This document shows positions 18,453 through 26,008 of a stretch of DNA of 64,000 nt, piece after piece. The notes below the pieces were generated by a model. The model had not been told where the DNA came from. It did no database searches and was given only the letters and a program-made list of their open reading frames with translations. Positions within the stretch are counted from its first letter, which is position 1, and the number at the start of each line of letters is the position of its first letter. The stretch comes from Escherichia phage REP5. The position numbers were made by a program, and so were the translations under genes. The stretch lies in sequence record OQ174504.1; one strand, given 5' to 3'.

Positions 18453-18481
18453 ATACTATAAAAACCCGTTCAAGGAGTCAA
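18453..18481 (-). promoter_or_regulatory. Sigma70-like promoter (-35 TTGACT, 17 bp spacer, -10 TAGTAT)
   Basis: Read on minus strand: TTGACTccttgaacgggtttttaTAGTAT, AT-rich upstream. Confidence 0.5.
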
Positions 18482-18653
18482 TAAAAATTTTAAAAATATT
18501 TTTGGCAAAAATGTAATGAAACGGGCGCACGCGACTACCACAAAACAGAACTACAATCAAGAATTATTTTTCAATCCGCTACAAATTTTTATGTTGACTT
18601 TTCTTTTCAGATGTGGTAGCCTCGTGAGAAATGGCGACATCCCCACCTACACC

Positions 18654-18841
18654 CACCTACCTGCACAATTCTAAAATGATTTTTCTTGCCCGACCTGATT
18701 TTTATCTGCACGTTTTGAAAATGAAAAAGCTCTTTGGAGATTACCTGCACAGTTTGAAAATGAATTTTCTCTTTGGAGTTCAAAATTCTCTCTACAGATT
18801 TCTCTATAGAAATCTACCTGCACAATCCTGAAATGAAAAAG
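18654..18841. repeat. Four direct repeats of about 22 bp (consensus TACCTGCACARTTYTRAAAATGA), iteron-like
   Basis: Copies at about 18654, 18704, 18745 and 18815 in a non-coding interval upstream of the promoter. Confidence 0.6.
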
Positions 18842-18909
18842 CCCTCCTTACCTGAAAAATTTACCAGATAAGAAAGGCTTAACCTATTGTGAATATCCTA
18901 CAGAGTTTC

Positions 18910-19695
18910 TTAGTTATTTGCGTCTAAGAAGGTAACTTCTGGTGAAGAGAAGATTGCCCCAATATCCTCATCAGTTCTTGCATAGATGTAGGCATCTGCA
19001 TCACTGCCAAATGTTACTGCAATCCTGTGATTGCTCTTCGACAGGTGGGTAACTAGAGCGTTACTTAGAGACATCTTTTCAACCGGAGGGTTACTTTGAT
19101 GTACCTTACCTTTTCTTCGTCTGAAGAGGGTAACTGCATTATCTGAGAACACTGCTACGCCTGCAAAGTATTCTGGTTCACAGTAGTTCTTCCAACCTGA
19201 GTGTAACTCATTATACATTTTTGCTTCATAGACATACAGATAAACATCTACACTCTTCATTGCCTGATTAATGATAACTGTGACAGCTTGAGGGTCAAGT
19301 CCACCGATACCTGCGCCAATCATAGGTAACCCAACTTTCTTCAACTGATTAACTTCACAGTATCTGTTAAGTTGCTTCAAAGATGACTCTAAAGCACTGT
19401 AACGGGCATCTTTACCAGTCTTAAGCTGAGTGTAAAGATTAGCTATACGACCTTGTTTTAAACGCGCTACAGAGAAATTACCTAGTAAATTTTCACAGGG
19501 TTTGTGGCCTATACCACCTGCATACAGATAAACTTCTGTATCGGTCTCATATGCTTTTGGGTAAAGTTTAGAAATCTTAGCAGCGATACCTGCACCCATT
19601 AAGTTCATACAGTTGCAACCGTGACCAATGATATCAAACTTACCCTTATCAAATGCGGAGAAGATATCCCCATTGATGATTTTTACAATACCCAT
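18910..19695 (-). CDS. Macro-domain protein (ADP-ribose binding/processing) with C-terminal extension
   Basis: 261 aa; INGDIF..DIIGHGCNCMNLMGAGIA and GLPMIGAGIGGLDP resemble macro-domain glycine-rich motifs. Confidence 0.6.
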   Translation of the reverse strand: MGIVKIINGDIFSAFDKGKFDIIGHGCNCMNLMGAGIAAKISKLYPKAYETDTEVYLYAGGIGHKPCENLLGNFSVARLKQGRIANLYTQLKTGKDARYSALESSLKQLNRYCEVNQLKKVGLPMIGAGIGGLDPQAVTVIINQAMKSVDVYLYVYEAKMYNELHSGWKNYCEPEYFAGVAVFSDNAVTLFRRRKGKVHQSNPPVEKMSLSNALVTHLSKSNHRIAVTFGSDADAYIYARTDEDIGAIFSSPEVTFLDANN

Positions 19696-19896
19696 TTAGC
19701 ATCTCTCCCAAGATTCTTTATCTTCTGAAGGTTTTACACGTTGCCCTTCGTGGTCTACCCAGATACATCCACAACCTTCACAAATTACTGGCATTGCATA
19801 GCCAGCTTTAAAGTCATCTTCAGTGATAAGACCTTTTAAGTCACCTGTATCACGTCCGAACATTTCAATAGAACAGTCTTTGCAGAAGTCAGCCAT
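19696..19896 (-). CDS. Small Cys-rich zinc-binding protein
   Basis: 66 aa; CxxC..CEGCGC. Confidence 0.5.
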   Translation of the reverse strand: MADFCKDCSIEMFGRDTGDLKGLITEDDFKAGYAMPVICEGCGCIWVDHEGQRVKPSEDKESWERC

Positions 19897-19908
19897 ATAA
19901 TATATACC

Positions 19909-20136
19909 TTATAGTTCAGTTTCTCGTAATTCTTTACCTTCATCATAGAAGCATTTATAGAATGTGTCTATAGAGATTCTGGCAAAGGTAAGGTCTTCAA
20001 AGTATTCTTCTGGAGTTATCCCTGTAAAGCTAAAACTACCGAGACTGTAAAATGGTATCACTGTGTCGTGACTCACGAAAACACATGCTGACGTGACTTC
20101 TCCAGTATCTTTGTCAATTACCTCTAGAGCTTTCAT
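19909..20136 (-). CDS. Hypothetical protein
   Basis: 75 aa ORF. Confidence 0.45.
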   Translation of the reverse strand: MKALEVIDKDTGEVTSACVFVSHDTVIPFYSLGSFSFTGITPEEYFEDLTFARISIDTFYKCFYDEGKELRETEL

Positions 20137-20437
20137 AGCTTACCTTTTCGGTTAGTTCATATAAATCAACATGCTCAATACTGTCAATGTTGATATCAAT
20201 CTTTTTGAAACGCTCCATCACTTCGTTGTCAGTCATCCATATCAGACACCAATGATTCTGGATGGATTCTTCAAGAAGGTCAACACAATCTTTAAAGGTT
20301 TTTGTATCACTTCTTGTCCCTACTACTGCGATTGTTCCATATAGCCACTTACCATTGCCATAGGTTACCTGTGCTACACCAACTTCTTTATCGTTCTCAT
20401 AGTAAACGGCTACAAAGTCTCTTCCATTAATCTGCAT
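20114..20437 (-). CDS. Hypothetical protein
   Basis: 107 aa ORF. Confidence 0.5.
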   Translation of the reverse strand: MQINGRDFVAVYYENDKEVGVAQVTYGNGKWLYGTIAVVGTRSDTKTFKDCVDLLEESIQNHWCLIWMTDNEVMERFKKIDINIDSIEHVDLYELTEKVSYESSRGN

Positions 20438-20439
20438 AG

Positions 20440-20709
20440 TTACTTCCTCGTTTTTAGAACTGCTAAGATTTCTTTAGAGTCTGGTAAGAACCATGTGTAG
20501 TGATTCTCTTTGATTTCTGGATGAGTGTCAACCTTTATTTTGCACTCTTTACCAACATGCTTAAGCTGTGCTGTGACACCTTGCATAAAGATATGACACA
20601 TCACATTATCCATAACGGTTGGTGAAAAATCAAACCGCATATAAGTTTCTTTTGGTCGTGGTAGCAGTAAGTACCCTTCTACATAGAAAGTGTCTTCATT
20701 CTCTGTCAT
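20440..20709 (-). CDS. Hypothetical protein
   Basis: 89 aa ORF. Confidence 0.5.
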   Translation of the reverse strand: MTENEDTFYVEGYLLLPRPKETYMRFDFSPTVMDNVMCHIFMQGVTAQLKHVGKECKIKVDTHPEIKENHYTWFLPDSKEILAVLKTRK

Positions 20710-20975
20710 TGCTGTTTGTTTCCTAATAAAATCATATCAATAAGGTTATTAGCTTTGATTGTGCACTGGTAAAAACCATCACGATAAAACTCAAGGGCTG
20801 CTGCTACATCACTGCCTGTGCTCCCTTTGATAGTATACCGTGATTCTTCTTGAGTGTACTTATCACTCTCACTTACTTGGGAGTTTTTGAATGTACTGTT
20901 CACTTTGTTCGTTGAACACCCTGACATAATTATCAGTAACACAAACATTATAAAATTCTGGCTTAGTTTTTTCAT
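20706..20975 (-). CDS. Lipoprotein, candidate outer-membrane spanin (Rz1-like)
   Basis: Signal peptide with lipobox LIIMSGC; overlaps 3' end of upstream gene in a different frame. Confidence 0.5.
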   Translation of the reverse strand: MKKLSQNFIMFVLLIIMSGCSTNKVNSTFKNSQVSESDKYTQEESRYTIKGSTGSDVAAALEFYRDGFYQCTIKANNLIDMILLGNKQQ

Positions 20976-21216
20976 ATGTTAGTACCTCTTTTGTATGCTT
21001 ATTCTTAGCAAGCACATCTTTCAAATCATTTTTGTAATTGGTGCTCAGTGTGACTAAACCTTCCTGATAAGCATCTTTAGCAACACTTATTAGCTTCTCA
21101 TTATTTAGCTCAGCTTCAGCAACTTGATAGTCTCTGTAAGAGTATCCTCCCCAGACACCTGCTCCAACTAAGAAAACAATTATGAAAGTAGCTTGACAAA
21201 ACTCTTTAAATGTCAT
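20869..21216 (-). CDS. Candidate inner-membrane spanin (Rz-like)
   Basis: 115 aa; N-terminal transmembrane helix then charged periplasmic region; overlaps the lipoprotein gene. Confidence 0.5.
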   Translation of the reverse strand: MTFKEFCQATFIIVFLVGAGVWGGYSYRDYQVAEAELNNEKLISVAKDAYQEGLVTLSTNYKNDLKDVLAKNKHTKEVLTYEKTKPEFYNVCVTDNYVRVFNEQSEQYIQKLPSK

Positions 21217-21233
21217 TTAACAATCTCCTGAAA

Positions 21234-21258
21234 TGAAAAAAGGCTCCCGAAGGAGCCT
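21234..21258 (-). terminator. Rho-independent terminator
   Basis: Hairpin aggctccttcgggagcct plus T-run on minus strand. Confidence 0.55.
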
Positions 21259-21263
21259 GTGTA

Positions 21264-22076
21264 TTATTCTTGACTGTAATAGTTGACAAGTGAAATCGCT
21301 TGATTCATCAACAACTTATCAGCCTGTGCTCCGCGACCAGCTTGTAATGCCAGTTGGTATACCTCTGTAACATATTTGTTAGACATACCTTCACAGTAGT
21401 CATTATAGTCTTCCCAAAAGGAAAATGCAGCATCACCATATAGGCGTAGTGTAATTAACATTGCTGCACGAATCCCAGAAGAATATTTCCGTTTTGCGTT
21501 TACTACACCTTTAAGCTGTACTTCAAGAGAATCAATTTGTTCCAGCTCATTTTTAAAGTCGTTAAGATATTTAACTGTTTCAGTGTTAGATACTTGTTGT
21601 ACACCGTAGTATGCAGCAACATACTTAATAGCAGTTGCCCAAGATGCTTTCATCAGTTCTGACTCTGGGTTGAAAGAAATCATCTTCATATTTCCGTAAT
21701 AAACTTCTGAAGGTTTTTCTCTTGCTAACTCAGAGTCAAAATGAGTGTACAAATCTGTGACATCCAATATGGAGTTCACATGGTATATAACTACAATCAA
21801 GTTTTCTGGTCGTGTCAGGTTACCAACTTTCCATGCCTCTCGACGTGAGTGCCCATCAATGATGAACAGTGAACTGCCGAACTTAGCCACATGGACTACT
21901 GTTTGGTCTGGTGATACGTCACCATTAAGGTGTTTACTTTTCAGACGCTTAAGTGTATTTCGTTGACGAGGGTTTTCTTTGTAACGTTTTTCATTAAGAA
22001 AATCCTCGACACTGATAATCTTAGTGTGAATTTTAACAACCTTGCCATTCAGTGCTACATTGATGCTGTTTGCCAT
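21264..22076 (-). CDS. ParB/sulfiredoxin-like domain protein
   Basis: 270 aa; IIDGHSRREAW resembles the ParB-like nuclease domain motif. Confidence 0.5.
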   Translation of the reverse strand: MANSINVALNGKVVKIHTKIISVEDFLNEKRYKENPRQRNTLKRLKSKHLNGDVSPDQTVVHVAKFGSSLFIIDGHSRREAWKVGNLTRPENLIVVIYHVNSILDVTDLYTHFDSELAREKPSEVYYGNMKMISFNPESELMKASWATAIKYVAAYYGVQQVSNTETVKYLNDFKNELEQIDSLEVQLKGVVNAKRKYSSGIRAAMLITLRLYGDAAFSFWEDYNDYCEGMSNKYVTEVYQLALQAGRGAQADKLLMNQAISLVNYYSQE

Positions 22077-22087
22077 AACTTGATACC

Positions 22088-22972
22088 TTAGTTGTGGATA
22101 ATTACTTCGTTAATATCTTTGCTTCTCTGTGCATGTATTGTGTATGAATGGCTAACCTCTGTCAAGTTAAAATTTTCAGGAATTAGTTTTGCCCATCCAT
22201 CCCACTGAGAGTTTGACATCAAAACTTTAGAGCCTAACTCCCCCCAAGAAATCATATCTTCGCATAATTTTACAGACATCTCAATGTCAAACTTTGCACC
22301 ATATTTCTGGTTGGTGTTGATATACGGGGGGTCACAGTAAATAACTGTGCCTTCTCCATGTTTTATGTCAACCCTGTCATAAGGTTCACTGCTAAGTATT
22401 ACCCTCTCATCAGTGATAAAACTGTAGAACGCGGATAGTGATTCTTTAGTTTTTGTGAAGAAAATCTCTTCTTCCAGTAAATACCCACAAGGTGTTGCAT
22501 AGTGACCTTTCATCTCTTTAGTAGTCTGCCATACACCACCAAAACTTAGTTTTTGAAGGAAAAACTGTCTGGCGTAGTACCTGTAGTCATATGCTCCCTC
22601 TTCACCAAGCAAAAGAAGTTCCTCTCTTACACTGTAATACATTTTATAGCGTAGACGGTTATGACGCTGGCCTTTCACGGCATACTCTTCCTGCATAGGT
22701 AAGGCTAAGTACCTCTTTGACAAGTACTCAAATTCTTCCATGAAGTTCTCATAGTCATCTCTGAAAGTTGTGTAAAGACCTATAATATGTTTATTTATCT
22801 CATTAATAAACACTTTTGCCTCTGGATATCTGTTATAAGCCCATATAGCTACTGAACCACCACCTGAAAACAGGTCATAGAAGTTTGTACAGTTGTCTGG
22901 AAAGACACCTAAACGCTCATACTCTTTTAATATTCTTGTTTTACCACCAAGATATTTGAACATCGGCTTCAT
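22088..22972 (-). CDS. dam: DNA adenine methyltransferase (Dam family)
   Basis: 294 aa; YLGGK N-terminus, FSGGGS SAM motif, DPPY catalytic motif. Confidence 0.8.
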   Translation of the reverse strand: MKPMFKYLGGKTRILKEYERLGVFPDNCTNFYDLFSGGGSVAIWAYNRYPEAKVFINEINKHIIGLYTTFRDDYENFMEEFEYLSKRYLALPMQEEYAVKGQRHNRLRYKMYYSVREELLLLGEEGAYDYRYYARQFFLQKLSFGGVWQTTKEMKGHYATPCGYLLEEEIFFTKTKESLSAFYSFITDERVILSSEPYDRVDIKHGEGTVIYCDPPYINTNQKYGAKFDIEMSVKLCEDMISWGELGSKVLMSNSQWDGWAKLIPENFNLTEVSHSYTIHAQRSKDINEVIIHN

Positions 22973-22990
22973 TAATACTCCTTGAAATTT

Positions 22991-23012
22991 AAAAAGGCTC
23001 CCGAAGGAGCCT
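22991..23012 (-). terminator. Rho-independent terminator
   Basis: Hairpin ggctcccgaaggagcc with flanking A/T runs. Confidence 0.5.
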
Positions 23013-23023
23013 GTATCTTAACC

Positions 23024-23488
23024 TTAACCGAGGACTTTAGCAAGGATATTCGCAGCCATCGAAGAAGCTTTTGCAGCAGCAACTACGCCAGCTTTGACAG
23101 TGCTATCCTTAATAGCAGATACCGTTGCAGCATCAGTAAAGAGATAAGTGATTGTTTTAGAACCACTTGTAAAGGAAAGCATAAGAGTAGTTTCCAGATT
23201 GAAAGAGCGATACGGAGCACCTTCTTTAACGATACCTTCAGCACCTAACTCTGAAGCCTTACCCATATCATAGATAGTCATCAGGTTTTCTTTGTGTGCA
23301 GTCGTTGAACCAGCACCTTTTACGTGTTTTTTAACATTCAACAATGCACGATATTCACGAATGCTGCCATCAGCTTTTACATTAACAGCACGGAAGATTT
23401 TACCCTCAAAGTTGCTCTTGATAATGTTACGAACTACTTCAGATTTGTTTTCCGTAACGTCCAGTGCTACCGTAATGATATTGTTCAT
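23024..23488 (-). CDS. Hypothetical protein
   Basis: 154 aa ORF. Confidence 0.6.
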   Translation of the reverse strand: MNNIITVALDVTENKSEVVRNIIKSNFEGKIFRAVNVKADGSIREYRALLNVKKHVKGAGSTTAHKENLMTIYDMGKASELGAEGIVKEGAPYRSFNLETTLMLSFTSGSKTITYLFTDAATVSAIKDSTVKAGVVAAAKASSMAANILAKVLG

Positions 23489-23497
23489 AAGTTTCTC

Positions 23498-24193
23498 TCA
23501 ATGTTTAACTAACATGGTTTTGATGTGTGGAAGGATTCTGTTAACCTTCTGAACATTCTTCTCTGTATCTTCTATAAAACATACTATATTAAAGTAAGGA
23601 AGAATGCAAGACTGAATCATCCTAACCTTTAAACTTTCTGCACTTAGGGAATTTGTTCCAAAGCCACGCATAAAAAGCAAGTAATCATGCTCTATATTGT
23701 GTCTTAAAAACATCTCAGTAGGTATTCTCTGAGTCTCACCTCTTGCTGTCAAGAACCCAACGGCTGCATGATTTGCAATTGCATCAATGATGTGGAAAAC
23801 ATATGTTGGTTTTGCTCTTACAGCATCAAGTAAGTTGGTGTACTGTGAAAATGACCCATCAGTCAACTCTGCTGAGTAAGCTTCGTGATTAAAATATGTT
23901 AGAACACCATCAATATCTGCTAGGATAAGATTTCCTTTCTCTACAAGGTCTTTATTGACTATGACTAGGCTATCACGTCTTACACCTATGGCTTTCCCAG
24001 TCTCTTTATCGACAACATTCACAATTGGCTCCGGTGTGTGGAACTCTTCGAGTGAACATACAACTTCTCTTGCAGTGTCTTCAAAATCCCTACACTGTTC
24101 TGGAGTCCATACACAGGAATCAAGACCTAACTCATGAGGATGTAAGTCGTAAGCATGACACAGTACTTCATCAGACTTTTTTAATTTTTTCAT
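23498..24193 (-). CDS. HAD-like hydrolase domain protein (possible nucleotidase/phosphatase)
   Basis: 231 aa; LILADIDGVLT resembles HAD motif I. Confidence 0.5.
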   Translation of the reverse strand: MKKLKKSDEVLCHAYDLHPHELGLDSCVWTPEQCRDFEDTAREVVCSLEEFHTPEPIVNVVDKETGKAIGVRRDSLVIVNKDLVEKGNLILADIDGVLTYFNHEAYSAELTDGSFSQYTNLLDAVRAKPTYVFHIIDAIANHAAVGFLTARGETQRIPTEMFLRHNIEHDYLLFMRGFGTNSLSAESLKVRMIQSCILPYFNIVCFIEDTEKNVQKVNRILPHIKTMLVKH

Positions 24194-24719
24194 GGTTTAC
24201 CTTAGAAATGTTTGTTGCAAATTCACATTGAGCAATGACTTTCATGTTGTTATAGACATCTTGAGAATATTTCTTAGCTTTAGGGATTTTGTACGAATAC
24301 CCAGCATTATATGATGCTAAAACTTTTTGTAAAGTCTTCTTTGACTTTGGCTGACCATGCACCTTTGTCCAAAACTCAAGCTCTTTGTGAGTTTCCTTCG
24401 CAGCATAATCAAAGTCTCTTAAGAGTTTCTTTTTAGCCACATTAGGGCTAATTTTGTTACGCTTTACAACAGTCTTCAAGTGATTCTGGAAAATACCATA
24501 ATCATGTGTCTTTTTATTCTCTACCTTCAGACCTAACTCTGACTCTTGTAAGGCTATAGCAGCTAGAGTGATACCCCAACCTTTACCCATGTTGTTCTCA
24601 CCATACTGGTAAGCTTTTAACATGTTTACTTTTTGGCTAATTGATAGCTCTGGGCAGTCAACTGCATAAGATAAGTGTGCTGTAAACATTAAGCACAAAC
24701 CTAGAATCAATTTCTTCAT
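24171..24719 (-). CDS. Secreted lytic transglycosylase-like protein
   Basis: 182 aa; signal peptide; ALQESELG, YGIFQ and SYNAGYS resemble SLT-domain motifs. Confidence 0.6.
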   Translation of the reverse strand: MKKLILGLCLMFTAHLSYAVDCPELSISQKVNMLKAYQYGENNMGKGWGITLAAIALQESELGLKVENKKTHDYGIFQNHLKTVVKRNKISPNVAKKKLLRDFDYAAKETHKELEFWTKVHGQPKSKKTLQKVLASYNAGYSYKIPKAKKYSQDVYNNMKVIAQCEFATNISKVNHEKIKKV

Positions 24720-24780
24720 TGGTTCTCCTGTTTAGTTTATCGTGACAACAATTATACAGCACTCTGCACAAAATACAAAT

Positions 24781-24802
24781 AAAAAAGGCCGCCGAAGCAG
24801 CC
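24781..24802 (-). terminator. Terminator-like hairpin
   Basis: ggccgccgaagcagcc hairpin flanked by A and T runs. Confidence 0.45.
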
Positions 24803-24819
24803 TTTTAAGAAATTACTTA

Positions 24820-25929
24820 TTAGATTTCACGTTTACGCTGAGAGATAAGTTCACCAGCAGTGCCAACGATGACATGCAAAGCTTCAGTCTTGCCATCCCA
24901 TGCTTTCAGTACTTTACGTTGATTATCAACGATTGCTGCAACTTCATAACGAGACGAGCGCATCTTCATATCGTTGTAATCAGTTGGTACGGATACAACG
25001 TCTCGTGGATGGACACGAACCTTCAGAATTGTATCACCTGAGAAGTAACGAACATAATCCCAAGCACCAACGTGAAGACCTTGAGAGCAAGTCACGTTAC
25101 GGTTATTATCAACCATCCAACGTGGCATTTCTACAATGTTACCCAAATCATTAGGTACTTTGCAGGTGCGGGAGTCAACCAGCTTGCCTTCACGAGTAGA
25201 GACTTTCTTCCAACCAATGATGTAGCCTTCTTCATCAATTTCAACATCAAGGTGAGATATGAATCCCCAAAGTTGTTCTACAGAATCTTTAGATGGGTTT
25301 TCCATCAGTTTTTCGAAGAACATTACAAGTCGTTCAAAACCTTTATCACCAGTCTTCATCATGTGAAGTATACGGTCAACCAGAGTAGAACGCATCTCAA
25401 CAGCACCGTAGAATAGCTTATCACCTTTGATTGTGATAGCTCCCTGCGTGAAGTTTTCGATAGACTTACGAATGTTCATCAGTTCAAAGGCTTTCTTGAA
25501 CTCACCTTTCACAACATGAACTACAATCTCTTGATAGTTCGGATGAGTAGACTCAACAATTTCAGATTCTGAACCGTAAGTCATAATTACAGAGTCACCA
25601 GTAATCATGTACTCAATCTTGTCATCTTTCTGCATAGCTTCGTGCAGTTTATTTACTGGAGCTTTCTGTACAGAATCTTTAACAACCTTTTCAACTGGTT
25701 TGTCAGCTTTCTTTTTAAAGGTCTTAGCAACTTGCTTCAAAGTCTTCGTAGCTGGTGTAGAAGTTACCTTCTTATTCCCTTTTAATGTTGCTTCATGACG
25801 CTCTACAGCACGACCGACTGAACGGGTTGAAGTATTAAATTTCTGTGCAATAGCTGTTTTAGTCAGCTTACCTTCTTTAACCAGTTTGTAAATTTCTGCG
25901 TCAATCTGTGCTTTAGTTTTAGTAGTCAT
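24820..25929 (-). CDS. rIIB: rIIB-like protein
   Basis: 369 aa, immediately downstream of the rIIA-like gene; assignment by position and size. Confidence 0.5.
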   Translation of the reverse strand: MTTKTKAQIDAEIYKLVKEGKLTKTAIAQKFNTSTRSVGRAVERHEATLKGNKKVTSTPATKTLKQVAKTFKKKADKPVEKVVKDSVQKAPVNKLHEAMQKDDKIEYMITGDSVIMTYGSESEIVESTHPNYQEIVVHVVKGEFKKAFELMNIRKSIENFTQGAITIKGDKLFYGAVEMRSTLVDRILHMMKTGDKGFERLVMFFEKLMENPSKDSVEQLWGFISHLDVEIDEEGYIIGWKKVSTREGKLVDSRTCKVPNDLGNIVEMPRWMVDNNRNVTCSQGLHVGAWDYVRYFSGDTILKVRVHPRDVVSVPTDYNDMKMRSSRYEVAAIVDNQRKVLKAWDGKTEALHVIVGTAGELISQRKREI

Positions 25930-26008
25930 CTTATTACTCTCTCTTGTTAGTTAATAAATCATTTTGTGAGGATATTCTAAGGGGCTTTGAAGCCCCTTGT
26001 CAAACACT

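Noticed and set aside
18631-18831. Plus-strand ORF of 66 aa
   Set aside because: Antisense island within a minus-strand block; its repeated peptide is a by-product of the DNA direct repeats
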